DNA of 60,876 nt, filler included, from 6 parts of 6 records of this genome joined end to end with filler, not necessarily neighbours in it, one strand, 5' to 3'. Positions 19,682-30,370 are shown, counted from the whole stretch's first letter. The notes: generated by a model not told the origin, from the letters alone. Translations and numbers: made by a program.

Positions 19682-22021
19682 ATGGATAACAAGAGATTAC
19701 ATGATGAAATTGCCTCATATTTTTCAGAAATGCAGCTTGCAAATCATACCAAAACCTGTGATAGTAATGTATATATTAAACCTTGTAAATCTGGAACCGA
19801 GGTTCCTCCCGCAGATTTACGCGCGTTTTATTCATCTCTTGCACGCTCACCAGAGCCTGAAGTTGCTATTTTTGCAGACGGTCTTAAGCATAATGCTTCA
19901 TTTCTACCAAAAAACTATAAAATTATTGACTCAAACATAGGATATTGTTTTCCAAATGAAACAATTATTAAATCTTACAGTAAAGTACTCCCAGGACAGG
20001 GTTTTATACCAAGAATTAATGGCTTTATTAATAAGGATGATGACTCTGTTAAATCGTTTGGTCGTCATATTATAAATAGAATAAAAGATAGCGACGGAAG
20101 TGAATGTGTTTATTATGTTCTTGGAAAAAGGGGAAGTGGAAAGACTAGTTTTATTGATTATGTAAGTGCTTTATGTTCAGATAAATTTGATAAGGATAAA
20201 ATAATAATCTCTAAGATTTACTATGAAGATTACTCTTCTTCAATTTTATCAGATGTTAATGAACAAGATGTTGTTAATTTAATAAAGAAACACTTATACC
20301 TGTATCTTTTGTCAAAAAAGTATATTTCTGATTTTGTAACAAAAAGTGAAGGAAAAGATAATTTTGAAAATTTTTATATGAATAATATAGCAAATAAAAT
20401 CGTGGACTACGAGTTTGAAGATATTGTTCAGAGGATTTTGCCATTTTTAATGAATGCTACTTCATTTATTGCTGAGCTTAATGATGGGGAATACAAAGAT
20501 GCAATAAAAATAAAAAAATCATTTATTAATGATGTTCAGGATATTGATATCAAAATTATAGATATATTTATGGAGTTTTTGAGTCGACAAAAAATTTCAT
20601 TTGTTGTTATTATTGATGGGCTTGATGAGCTTTCTGTTCTGCAAACAGAAAGAGGGAAGTTTAAAACATTTTTTAATATTATTGCTGATACCGTTATTAA
20701 AGGGACTACTACTTCTGGTGGTGCATTTGAATATATTCATTATGTGCTGACATTAAGAAATTGTACTCATGCTAAATTTGTTGAAAATAGAGCTGAAAAG
20801 AGTTCTTTAACTCACCGAAATTACATATTAGCACAAATTTGTCCACCGGATCCAAAAAGTATACTTAGACGAGGTATAATGTATTTCCTTTTAAAGCACA
20901 AGCATTTTGAGATGGCTCTAGAAATGATCACAAGTGAAGACCCAAATAAGAATAATATTATTGATGAATTTGTTGCGGAATTATTAGATCGAATTGTAAT
21001 TGCTTTTGATAAAAATAATGAAGTCGACCTTCTTAAATTGTTTAATTGGAATTGTCGAAATTTGCTTTGGTTTTTTTGCGACCTTCTTGAGGTTGGTTTA
21101 ACTACGTTAGTGATTAAATTTAGCTTTAGGCAAAGACTTGATGCCGTAACAATTATTCGCGAGTTTTTTGAATTACGTCGTTGGATGATGGAAATTCATG
21201 ATTATAACATAATTGAGATATTTGTGGCAGGTATCTCATTAGGCTTTAATAATTATTATGATATAAATTTTTCAAATAAAAAAGTGGAAGGAGAAACTAT
21301 ATTTAATACATATGTAACCGAAAAAGAAAAAATCGGATATGTTGATAATATTTTCTTTAATGCAGTTCTTCCTATTAAGTCGAAACCGCAAGCCTTTTTA
21401 CTAAAGGTTCATATTCTCGGTTTAACTCATAGTTATTTGTCAAAATCTGAATTAAATAGACATTTGTTACTGTTAGGCTATTCAAAAGAATTATTGGAAA
21501 TAATTTTGACTACAATTTTGGATGTTATGATAGATTCAGGTGTGATGAAAGTAAAAAGAGATAATGGTGAAATAGTGTATTCAACAACAAATAAAGGAAA
21601 ATACTTATATGATCACTTGTTAGGAGACCTTATTTATCTTGAAAGAGTTGCATTGGCTTCACGTTTTCCTGACCCCTTCAATACTTATATTAATAATATT
21701 TGTAAGAATCCAAACGAAATTTTTGAGTGGATTTTGGTTTCACTAAAAAACGTATACATTTTATTGATTCATTGTGAAAATGTAGAACGATGTATTTCAA
21801 GACATAAAAAAGATTCTGAATTGTTAGAAAAATCTCTTGTCGTCAAAAGAATTAGAAAAAAGGTGGCTGTAACTGTAAAAAATATTTTAAATGTTGAGAA
21901 AAGATCTTGGCCAGATGATTATTCTGAGAAAATTTTAAATTCATTACGATCCATAAAAGGTTCTATAGCTAAAAGAAGTGAAAAAAATGCTTGTGAATTT
22001 ATAGGGAGCAATGAAAAATAG
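19682..22021 (+). CDS. P-loop NTPase (AAA+/STAND-like) with a probable C-terminal winged helix
   Basis: Walker A GKRGSGKT, Walker B VVIIDGLDE, hhhLR sensor-like strand, YSTTNKGK wing-like motif. Confidence 0.75.
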   Translation: MDNKRLHDEIASYFSEMQLANHTKTCDSNVYIKPCKSGTEVPPADLRAFYSSLARSPEPEVAIFADGLKHNASFLPKNYKIIDSNIGYCFPNETIIKSYSKVLPGQGFIPRINGFINKDDDSVKSFGRHIINRIKDSDGSECVYYVLGKRGSGKTSFIDYVSALCSDKFDKDKIIISKIYYEDYSSSILSDVNEQDVVNLIKKHLYLYLLSKKYISDFVTKSEGKDNFENFYMNNIANKIVDYEFEDIVQRILPFLMNATSFIAELNDGEYKDAIKIKKSFINDVQDIDIKIIDIFMEFLSRQKISFVVIIDGLDELSVLQTERGKFKTFFNIIADTVIKGTTTSGGAFEYIHYVLTLRNCTHAKFVENRAEKSSLTHRNYILAQICPPDPKSILRRGIMYFLLKHKHFEMALEMITSEDPNKNNIIDEFVAELLDRIVIAFDKNNEVDLLKLFNWNCRNLLWFFCDLLEVGLTTLVIKFSFRQRLDAVTIIREFFELRRWMMEIHDYNIIEIFVAGISLGFNNYYDINFSNKKVEGETIFNTYVTEKEKIGYVDNIFFNAVLPIKSKPQAFLLKVHILGLTHSYLSKSELNRHLLLLGYSKELLEIILTTILDVMIDSGVMKVKRDNGEIVYSTTNKGKYLYDHLLGDLIYLERVALASRFPDPFNTYINNICKNPNEIFEWILVSLKNVYILLIHCENVERCISRHKKDSELLEKSLVVKRIRKKVAVTVKNILNVEKRSWPDDYSEKILNSLRSIKGSIAKRSEKNACEFIGSNEK

Positions 22022-22296
22022 TAGCGCTTGGTTACTTTGTAGCAAATATAGGTATTGCATTAATTCTTTGAAGTGAAAAGGACTTTATATTTAGTATACT
22101 CAATGATTTAATTGAGTTCACAAGATATAACAAATTATCTTCATGCTGAGAAGGAATAGTTGGCTTGGATTGATTATTGTTAGCTTTGGAGAATGTATCA
22201 CGTCATTATAATTTCTATATTTCTTAAGTTATGAATATAGTATTATTTGTCAAGAAATTTTGATTTGTATTAAAATAGTGGGTACTTGGAAAACGA

Positions 22297-22332
22297 TTCA
22301 CGATAATAAAGATAAAAATTTATTATCGTGAA
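22297..22332. terminator. Perfect 14-bp inverted repeat between convergent genes
   Basis: TTCACGATAATAAA-N8-TTTATTATCGTGAA. Confidence 0.55.
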
Positions 22333-22379
22333 AATGTTTATCATGGTTAAAGAAATAGGACAGTAAGTAGCAGGTTTAG

Positions 22380-22466
22380 TTAGCTGTCATTTGCCTTGTG
22401 GTGCATGGCTTTCGCAATGACCAGGCTTAATTCTGCTTCATGATAAGGTTTGGTGATAAAGCCTGC
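22380..22466 (-). CDS. C-terminal fragment of a response-regulator receiver domain (contig-truncated)
   Basis: Manual translation AGFITKPYHEAELSLVIAKAMHHKANDS*, with the conserved receiver KP motif. Confidence 0.65.
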   Translation of the reverse strand, partial: AGFITKPYHEAELSLVIAKAMHHKANDS

Positions 22467-22467
22467 C

Positions 22468-22567
22468 NNNNNNNNNNNNNNNNNNNNNNNNNNNNNNNNN
22501 NNNNNNNNNNNTTAATTAATTAANNNNNNNNNNNNNNNNNNNNNNNNNNNNNNNNNNNNNNNNNNNN
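22468..22567. other. Artificial contig spacer
   Basis: N run containing TTAATTAATTAA. Confidence 0.99.
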
Positions 22568-22568
22568 T

Positions 22569-23534
22569 GCTGCTTTTACTGTTGGCTCTTCTATTTTGTA
22601 TTCCATGTTTGGAATAATTGAGGTAGAGCAAAATAAAGTTGAACTAGGAATTGAAAATGCAGAGCGAGGACATCAATTTTCCCGAAATGCTACCAGTGTC
22701 TCCTTTAAAGGGTACTGTTCTTTGTTGTTGGCAGAAGTATACTACAAAGCCGGAAAATTAGATTTAGCGAAAAAGACCATTGAAGAACTTGAGGTGATAT
22801 TAGATAAAAAATCTGCCCAGTGGTTATATGTGTTAGCTAATTCATTAAAAAGCAAAATACATATAAATAGAGGAGAATTTGTAGCATCAGAATCCCTTCT
22901 AAAACTGAACATAGATGGCGATAAAAATTACATGTTCGAAAGATGTTTTTACAATTTGCCAAAAGCGAGGTTGTGCATTGCTCAAAATAAAAGCGATGAA
23001 GCGATACGTATTCTGGAAACCTTAACAGAAGAATTAAAAAATGAACAGGCTATTGAGCTGCTAATTGAAATAGAATTACTAAAGGCAAAAGCTTTGCTAC
23101 TGGAAGGTAAAAAAAACGATTCGCTGGACTCGGTAATTACAGCAATTCGATATTCACAATCAGAAAACCTGATTAGATCTTTTGTTATTGAAGGAAGTGA
23201 GATTTATGAAGTAGTAAAAGAGGTTAAACAGAAAAAAAGTATTCGCTCAACAGAAATTTTAGATTCGATATCAATCGAATTTTTAAATGAATTGATAAAA
23301 GCATTCGAAAAAGAATCTCAATTACAACGACAAACTACTGATGATGTGTTAAGTTCCAGAGAATTTGATACGCTAAAATTAATTGCCAAAGATTTAACAA
23401 ACCAGGAAATAGCTGATGAAATGTACATTTCGATTACAACGGTTAAAACACATGTGCGAAATATACTTTTAAAGTTGGAAGCAAAAAACCGTAATGAAGC
23501 TGTTTCGAAGGCAAAAGAAAATGGGGTGTTGTAG
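22569..23534 (+). CDS. MalT-like TPR plus LuxR-HTH regulator, 5' truncated
   Basis: Helical repeats, RSFVIEG, then LSSRE...TNQEIADEMYISITTVKTHVRNI. The frame is open to the contig edge. Confidence 0.85.
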   Translation, partial: AAFTVGSSILYSMFGIIEVEQNKVELGIENAERGHQFSRNATSVSFKGYCSLLLAEVYYKAGKLDLAKKTIEELEVILDKKSAQWLYVLANSLKSKIHINRGEFVASESLLKLNIDGDKNYMFERCFYNLPKARLCIAQNKSDEAIRILETLTEELKNEQAIELLIEIELLKAKALLLEGKKNDSLDSVITAIRYSQSENLIRSFVIEGSEIYEVVKEVKQKKSIRSTEILDSISIEFLNELIKAFEKESQLQRQTTDDVLSSREFDTLKLIAKDLTNQEIADEMYISITTVKTHVRNILLKLEAKNRNEAVSKAKENGVL

Positions 23535-23795
23535 ATAATTCGAACGTTAAGTATATGGCCGTTTGTCTTTTCAAAGCTCCACTTTGTGAAAGCGTTTCAA
23601 ATTTCTGATATAATGTTCTCATAATTTTCCTGTATCATTTTCATAAAAGCTCAAAATGCACATCACATTTAGCAGATATTGTTAATAATTGTTCAATCAG
23701 ATGTGCAGTAAGCTCGTTTTTGGCGTGGTGCTAAACGTGCAAGTAAATGCAAATGTGGACGATTGCGGGTTTCAAACTTATCAAACCTTAAAAAA

Positions 23796-24458
23796 TCAAA
23801 TGTTCACCAATTTATTCTTGTAGGCATAAATAACCAGATTTACAGTGTTGCCGGTTTCAGTCTTTTGTATTAGATTGGTTTTGTGATTCTCAACCGTTCG
23901 TTTACTGATAAAAAGTTTACCTGCAATTTCTTCGTTTGATTTACCCATACATACCAGTTCAAGAATTTCTTCTTCCCGCTTCGATAACTTGGGGAGTTTC
24001 TCCCTCTCAATGTTTTCTACCTGTTTGTTGATTATGTTTTTAGAATAGTTCAGCAGGAGTTCGTTGGAATAAAAATAGTCATCGTTTTTGTGGATGGCTT
24101 CTAAGGCATCCATAAAATCGTTTTTGCGCGAGTTTTTTAGCATATATCCGCGTACACCGGCATTTAGCATTTTGTTAAAATATTCATTGTCACCAAAAGT
24201 TGACAATGCTATTATTTTAAGGTCGGGATATTTTTGCAGTACTTTTTCTGTCGCATCAATGCCGTCCAGCTTCGGCATATTAATGTCCATAAAGACAATG
24301 TCTGGTGAATGATTCTCAATTAACTGTAAAAACTCTTCTCCATTTGTGGCTTCTGCGATAATATTTATTCCCCCAATGGAATGAAGCAATTGCTTTAAAC
24401 CATTTCTAAAAATCTCATGATCATCTACCAATATTATCTTTATTACATTCTCTGCCAT
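23796..24458 (-). CDS. NarL/LuxR-family response regulator
   Basis: LVDDH, FMDINMP, GYMLK, HTH SNEEIAGKLFISKRTVENH. Confidence 0.95.
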   Translation of the reverse strand: MAENVIKIILVDDHEIFRNGLKQLLHSIGGINIIAEATNGEEFLQLIENHSPDIVFMDINMPKLDGIDATEKVLQKYPDLKIIALSTFGDNEYFNKMLNAGVRGYMLKNSRKNDFMDALEAIHKNDDYFYSNELLLNYSKNIINKQVENIEREKLPKLSKREEEILELVCMGKSNEEIAGKLFISKRTVENHKTNLIQKTETGNTVNLVIYAYKNKLVNI

Positions 24459-24471
24459 CGTATATTATTTT

Positions 24472-26979
24472 TTAAATGGTGTCTGATTTTACTTTAATAG
24501 ACACCTTGATTCCTTCTCCTTCTTTACTTTTTATATCGCAAATACCATCAATGGATTTAACCCGGGTATATATGTTTTTTAATCCCATACCATCGCTATC
24601 AAGTGCTTTTTCTTTATCAAACCCAACACCGTCGTCTTTATAATTAAGATATACACTTCCATTCTGGTTGCTCAATTCTATCCAGGCATTTTTGGCATCG
24701 GCATATTTTAATGTATTATTTATTAATTCGCTTGTAATTCGGTATAAGGCATTCTCTGTGTTCGAGTTTAATTTTGCATTTAAATCAGAATGATCCAGCG
24801 TAATCTTTAATTTCCTGGTATCGTTAATTTTATCGCAAAACGATTGCAGAGAGCCCGTTAAACCAAACCTGGTTAATGTTGAAGGTCGTAGGTTATTGGA
24901 TATTTCTTTTGAGTTTTTAATTGATTCATCGATGATACTGCGCAACGAAGAGAATAGTTTGTCTTTTTCATCAACAGTTAACTCAGGGTTGTCGAGCATA
25001 TCAACATATAAATTCAGGCTTGATAAAAGTGACCCTAATCCATCGTGTAAATCTTCCGCAAAGCGTTTTCTTTCTTTTTCCTCCGTTTCAATCATGGTGT
25101 TCAGGATTTTCCTTTCCAGGTGTTTCCTTTCCGTAATATTTACGATTATTCCACGAATGATGGGGATTTTCTTTTCTTTTAAATGATAATTCATGTACAC
25201 GATAGCGGGAAAGATTGTGTCGTTGTTCTTTTTAAATTGAAATTCAGTGGTTTGTATTTTATTCCCTGATAGTAATGTTTTTATCTGGGACTTCATTTCT
25301 GCTGGCTCTTCGATTAAAGAAAATAGATTGAGTCCTTTATTAATAAGGTTGTCGCTCAAACCAAACATATCCATGCCACTGTTATTAATAAAGCTGATGT
25401 CTCCTTCAGGTGTCATTTCAAATATGGTTTCAGGCAATAGCTCGGCCATATCTTTAAATCGGTTCTGACTTTCTACAAGTTTTTGGGAACGTTCTTTTAC
25501 CAAATCTTCTAAGTGATCTTTGTATGTGTTTAGTTCTTCAATTACATTTCTGATTTCCGAAATATCTTTTATGGCAAGAAAAAGAACGTCTTTATTTTCA
25601 TATTTGGTGAAGAGTCCGGAGAGTGAACCATGAAATTGAGTGCCCTTGGTATCTTTTAAAAGCATCTCAACATTATTAATTGTTTTTTCATTTTTAAGTT
25701 GTTCCAGAACTTCATTTCTTTCATTAGGGTGAACATAAAAATCTCGGGTAGTATTTATTTCTAAATCGGTTTTGGAATTTATTTTAAACATGTCCATGCC
25801 CAGCTGATTCATGTAAATTATTTTTTCGGTATCGGGTTCAGTCATGATTAATGGTAGGGGCGCGTTATCGAACAAGGTGCGTATTTCGGCTTCTTTTTTA
25901 GCAAGTTTTTGTGCGGATTTTTTCTTGTTAATAAATCCGCGATACACAAAAATTATGGTAATCAGCAACATTGCCAACGTTGAGATGGCCAGGTATATGA
26001 TGGTTTTTTGCTGATCAACTGTTGTTTCATAGCCCGAGATAGCTGTTTCTTGTTTGTCAATGCGATTCTGTTTTTGATTTATTTCTTCATTTAGCTCGCC
26101 CAGAATTTTATTCGATTCTTCTATTTCTTTACTTCTGTCTTCTAATTGAAATTGTAATTCCCGGAGTGCCGCAATATCTTGTTCCAGCTTTTTGTCCTGT
26201 TCGTTTATCTTGCTGTTTAAAACATTAAGCTCATCTTTTTGATTTTCAATGGCCAAATTTTGTTCGTTTATACTTTCTGTTTTATCCAGTATTTCCCGGT
26301 TTTTCTTTTGAAGCAATTGGTCGCGTTTGTTCAACTCCGCTTGTTGATCGTTATAATTATTCTTTAACTCCTGAACTTGTTTCTGAATATCAGCTAAATT
26401 TTTTTGTGATTCTTTGTATAATTCAGCAATATCAACTTCAGTACCGCCCAATAAAAGGAGTTCGGGTTTAAGAACAAGCCCTTCTTTTAGAATGTTTGCT
26501 TTATTTACTTCAAAATCAAGTTTTTTATCGTTTGAGTAAACGAAATTAATCATAATATGATCTTGCTTTTTGCATCGGTCTGTTATTAGCAGGATTTCTT
26601 GATTGTTAATTCGATTCGTTATGTTATCTGCCTGATAGTTCTTGTCATCAGAAACAACAAGCATTTGTACATCTTTTATCTCGTTTGCGTTATAAAAATG
26701 ATTTAGGGAAATAACCTTGTTCTTAACATTAACAGCTTCAAAAATTTTAAGGCTGTTTACCAATGTTTCATCGTCTGAAAATATGCCTATTTTAAAAGTA
26801 TCTAGCTTGGCTTCATTGGGCCATTCAATATAATCGGCAAATTTAAAAATGAGGATTACTTTTTTTTCTACAGCAGTAATTTCCTGGGCAAAACTATAGT
26901 TGGCATTCACTAGGTGTAATAATACAATTATGCTAGCGCACAATAATTTATGTGGTATATATTTTTGAAACATGCTCAA
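24472..26979 (-). CDS. Sensor histidine kinase: YfiR-like periplasmic domain, coiled coil, TM, two PAS, HisKA_3, HATPase
   Basis: IFKFADYIEWP and INF...FEVN (YfiR/DUF4154-like), EKERKRFAEDLHDGLG, ELINN, DDGVG and GMGL motifs. Confidence 0.9.
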   Translation of the reverse strand: MSMFQKYIPHKLLCASIIVLLHLVNANYSFAQEITAVEKKVILIFKFADYIEWPNEAKLDTFKIGIFSDDETLVNSLKIFEAVNVKNKVISLNHFYNANEIKDVQMLVVSDDKNYQADNITNRINNQEILLITDRCKKQDHIMINFVYSNDKKLDFEVNKANILKEGLVLKPELLLLGGTEVDIAELYKESQKNLADIQKQVQELKNNYNDQQAELNKRDQLLQKKNREILDKTESINEQNLAIENQKDELNVLNSKINEQDKKLEQDIAALRELQFQLEDRSKEIEESNKILGELNEEINQKQNRIDKQETAISGYETTVDQQKTIIYLAISTLAMLLITIIFVYRGFINKKKSAQKLAKKEAEIRTLFDNAPLPLIMTEPDTEKIIYMNQLGMDMFKINSKTDLEINTTRDFYVHPNERNEVLEQLKNEKTINNVEMLLKDTKGTQFHGSLSGLFTKYENKDVLFLAIKDISEIRNVIEELNTYKDHLEDLVKERSQKLVESQNRFKDMAELLPETIFEMTPEGDISFINNSGMDMFGLSDNLINKGLNLFSLIEEPAEMKSQIKTLLSGNKIQTTEFQFKKNNDTIFPAIVYMNYHLKEKKIPIIRGIIVNITERKHLERKILNTMIETEEKERKRFAEDLHDGLGSLLSSLNLYVDMLDNPELTVDEKDKLFSSLRSIIDESIKNSKEISNNLRPSTLTRFGLTGSLQSFCDKINDTRKLKITLDHSDLNAKLNSNTENALYRITSELINNTLKYADAKNAWIELSNQNGSVYLNYKDDGVGFDKEKALDSDGMGLKNIYTRVKSIDGICDIKSKEGEGIKVSIKVKSDTI

Positions 26980-27057
26980 ATTTAAAAAATTGTTTGTTAA
27001 TCCCTTTTATTGATTTCAGAAACATAAATTTTTTTAATACCTGATAACTAAAAAATG

Positions 27058-27065
27058 TATATTTG
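27058..27065 (+). promoter_or_regulatory. Bacteroidota-type -7 promoter element
   Basis: TATATTTG matches TAnnTTTG, 21 nt upstream of the TonB receptor ATG. Confidence 0.4.
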
Positions 27066-27086
27066 CTTGCTAACTCATAAATCCTA

Positions 27087-29330
27087 ATGCAGAACTTTAA
27101 ACTTCCATTGATATTGTTCATCGGTGCATGCCTGATAAATTCCAGTGTGTTTGGGCAAAGTGATACATCAAAGTTAAAATATTTGCAGTTATCGCTTGAG
27201 GAAGTTTTAAATTTGGACGTTACAACGGTTTTGAAAACACCCGAGAAGTTATCCAACGTTCCGGCAACCATCCATTTAATTACACGCGAACAAATTGAGG
27301 TTAACGGATACACCAACCTGGAAGAGGTTTTAGATGATATTCCCGAATTGGAGATTCAGAAAAGGGCATCTGCGGAGTATGGTAATTATTTCACGCTGCG
27401 AGGAGTTTATGGTACCGAGAAATTTATTATTATGATGGATGGGATGCGTATAAATTCTCCTACCGGAACCCCATTGGCCATAGCTAACAATTATCCGGTA
27501 GCTAATGCCCAGCAAATTGAAATAATTTTAGGCCCTGCTTCTGCATTGTATGGTGTTGATGCATTTACTGGTATAATTAACATAATTACGTTTAAAGGTT
27601 CTGATATAGGTAAGGTAAATATTCAATCTTCGTACGGCTCTTTTAACTCAATGAAGAATAATATACTCGTGGGTGGAAAATTCGAAGACCTGTCTTTTTC
27701 TGTAATGGGAAATATCTATAAATCGGATGAGCCTGATTTCCCGTCCTTGCATTCTGATGATTTCGCCTGGTATAACAATAAATATAGCAATACGGGTAAC
27801 ATGCTGCTACCCGATAATTCTGTTGTTAATACCGAGATAAAACCTTATAGTACACCCTCGTTTTCTTATGCCATTCATGCAAAACTAAATTATAAGGATT
27901 TTGAAGCTGGATATTTCAGAAATTACGATTCTCATGGGTCCTCATTCTCTGTGAAACCAGAGTATAGTATTTATTCAGATGATGCTGTATTTGGAGAATG
28001 GGTAGAATCCATGTATGTGCGTCACAATCAAAAATTACAAAATAATAAGTGGAATTTTCTTACTTCTCTTTCATACAGTAAAGATGAAATTGACCCAAAA
28101 TCGAATTACATAAATTCTTTTACATCTTACGAAAAAGGTTATAAGTATGCTTTTAATAAAGCCGTAAAATTAGAAGAACAAATCTCATGGTTTCCTAATG
28201 AGAACACGTCTTTTATTGTCGGTTTTACAATGCAAGACATTGCTTCTCTGCCCAAGTCAGGGGACTTGCCTCATTCCTTTGATAGAAGCACCCCGGCAAA
28301 CCTTCAAAATATGTATTACATTGGAACCAATGTAACCGATTCGCTTGGCAACGATTTGTCTATCCTGCAAGACTTTTATTATTTGCATTATCAGAATTAT
28401 GGGTTATATCTACAGTCGCACTTTAATTTTAACGATACATGGCTTGTTACCTTAGGTACGAGATACGATTATAATACCCGGTACTCATATTCTATCAACC
28501 CAAGAGTAGGATTAGTTTATACGCCCATTGAGAAGTTAAGGATTAAATTTTTGTATGGTGAAGCGTTCTTTGCTCCATCGCCATATTCTGTATACCAGCA
28601 TTACGGAAGCTTTGTTCCTTCGGTTGATTCTGTTTCCGGTTATGTTACGGGTTTTACATCCGGGTTTTGGCGTGTGCCACCAACAAAAAAGTTAAAGTCA
28701 CAAAAAATAAAAACTTACGAAGTTGGATTCTCATATTTCTTAAATAAATCGTTGATATTATCTATAAACAGTTTTTATAACGACTTAATTAACCTGCTTA
28801 GCAGTGAAGGGTATACTGGCGAAACATTTCATAATATTCCGGTTGATTATTTACAGCGGCCTGTCAATAAAGGAACTGCATCTACGTACGGTGGGACAAT
28901 TAAATTGAATTTTAAGACAGATTTTAGTTCAATCTTATTGAGTTCATACCTGGCCTATACATTTATAGATGGCGAAATTGATGGAAAACAGTTGCCCTTT
29001 GCAGCAAAAAATACCGTAAAAGGGGGTGTAAGCGCTACAGTTAGAAAATTTACGGTTTCAACACGATTTCTATATAGGGGCGAGAGTTATCACCGGTCAA
29101 TTAAAAATTCTGATGGGAAACTTCACAGCACCGATCCATATTTGTTAGTGAATGCATATGCCATGTACAAAATTTTTAGAAATGAAAAATTAGATCTTTC
29201 CCTTTTTTCTAATGTAAAGAATCTGTTGAATACAAAATATTATAATTTACCAATTGGTGGAAGCGAGTGTTTCCCTAATGTACCCCAGGATCCAATCCGG
29301 ATAGATTTTGGCGTAAGGTTAAATTTGTAA
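27087..29330 (+). CDS. TonB-dependent outer-membrane receptor
   Basis: Signal peptide, LSLEEVLN N-terminus, plug motif IEIILGPASALYG, LGTRYD, VKNLLN and a C-terminal beta strand. Confidence 0.92.
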   Translation: MQNFKLPLILFIGACLINSSVFGQSDTSKLKYLQLSLEEVLNLDVTTVLKTPEKLSNVPATIHLITREQIEVNGYTNLEEVLDDIPELEIQKRASAEYGNYFTLRGVYGTEKFIIMMDGMRINSPTGTPLAIANNYPVANAQQIEIILGPASALYGVDAFTGIINIITFKGSDIGKVNIQSSYGSFNSMKNNILVGGKFEDLSFSVMGNIYKSDEPDFPSLHSDDFAWYNNKYSNTGNMLLPDNSVVNTEIKPYSTPSFSYAIHAKLNYKDFEAGYFRNYDSHGSSFSVKPEYSIYSDDAVFGEWVESMYVRHNQKLQNNKWNFLTSLSYSKDEIDPKSNYINSFTSYEKGYKYAFNKAVKLEEQISWFPNENTSFIVGFTMQDIASLPKSGDLPHSFDRSTPANLQNMYYIGTNVTDSLGNDLSILQDFYYLHYQNYGLYLQSHFNFNDTWLVTLGTRYDYNTRYSYSINPRVGLVYTPIEKLRIKFLYGEAFFAPSPYSVYQHYGSFVPSVDSVSGYVTGFTSGFWRVPPTKKLKSQKIKTYEVGFSYFLNKSLILSINSFYNDLINLLSSEGYTGETFHNIPVDYLQRPVNKGTASTYGGTIKLNFKTDFSSILLSSYLAYTFIDGEIDGKQLPFAAKNTVKGGVSATVRKFTVSTRFLYRGESYHRSIKNSDGKLHSTDPYLLVNAYAMYKIFRNEKLDLSLFSNVKNLLNTKYYNLPIGGSECFPNVPQDPIRIDFGVRLNL

Positions 29331-29333
29331 GTA

Positions 29334-29579
29334 TTCTAAAATCCGCATATAAAATCTATTAACAGCAGAGAAGGTAAAGCGTTGCAGGAGAAAATTATTA
29401 GCCACAAAGCCACCAAAACTTAAAGGTTCACAAATTAGAACAGGTCGTTTTTTGTGAAACTTCGTGTAATTTAGTGTCTTAAAGTTTTCGTGGCCGCTTT
29501 TTTAACTAAATCTTTTTTTAATGCCCTCAGAATTTTGCTTAATTGACGGTTTTTATAAAAAGACCTGCGGATATTAGAA
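29334..29579. repeat. MITE/REP-like element with terminal inverted repeats and an internal palindrome
   Basis: ttctaaaatccgca (29334-29347) and tgcggatattagaa (29566-29579) match at 13/14. Internal GCCAC...GTGGC palindromic unit at 29401-29494. Confidence 0.4.
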
Positions 29580-30244
29580 GTCTATCAGATTAATCATTTT
29601 TTACTTCATCTTTTCGTAAATATTTAATGAAAATGCATTTTACGCATTGTAAAATGTGTGAGTTCAAATGAAAACCCTGCTTAAAAACCGTGTAATTTTA
29701 CCTATAACAATTACGTGAAATTACATATCAGTTTGTGTGAGAATTTAGTTGTGTTATTGTGGGTTAGTATTGTAAATATTATGGATTGGCTTGTGATTCA
29801 ATGATTTTTAGATGTTTTATATTAATAATTTATCTGTTCACCTTACACCTCCATTTTTTTAAGTTCAGGTAAAAATACGTGTTGATTCTCGCGGTACTTT
29901 CCCGTTTAAAATCCCGTGGATGCTCTCTTTCCATGGCCTTATTCCCATCATAAATTTGTAGTGTTGATTAATTAGTACAATAAATGAAACACTATTCGGA
30001 AATAATAAAAAGGTAATTGCTGATAGCAACGAAAAGTGTGATCCGGATGCAAATCAACCAAAACCTGATGAGAAAAATAATTCGCAAGCTAACAACCAGG
30101 AAATTACAAGCTCAAAAAGTCGTTTTGATTTCAAAAGATTGGTTTATGGAATTTTTCGATTTGCTAAAACATCATGCAATACTGTATATCGTTCAATTAG
30201 ACACATTAACCTTAAAAAATAAAGTATAATGAAACCGAAAAAAA

Positions 30245-30344
30245 NNNNNNNNNNNNNNNNNNNNNNNNNNNNNNNNNNNNNNNNNNNNTTAATTAATTAA
30301 NNNNNNNNNNNNNNNNNNNNNNNNNNNNNNNNNNNNNNNNNNNN
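30245..30344. other. Artificial contig spacer
   Basis: N run containing TTAATTAATTAA. Confidence 0.99.
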
Positions 30345-30370
30345 TTTGATCCACAACTATTGACAATATC
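30345..30370. repeat. 26-bp direct repeat copy 1, possible IS terminal repeat
   Basis: tttgatccacaactattgacaatatc, 22/26 identical to 30808-30833; lies at the contig start. Confidence 0.55.

Noticed and set aside
30017-30229. 70-aa ORF
   Set aside because: TTG start and no motif. More likely the leader region of a gene beginning at ATG 30229 that is cut by the contig end.
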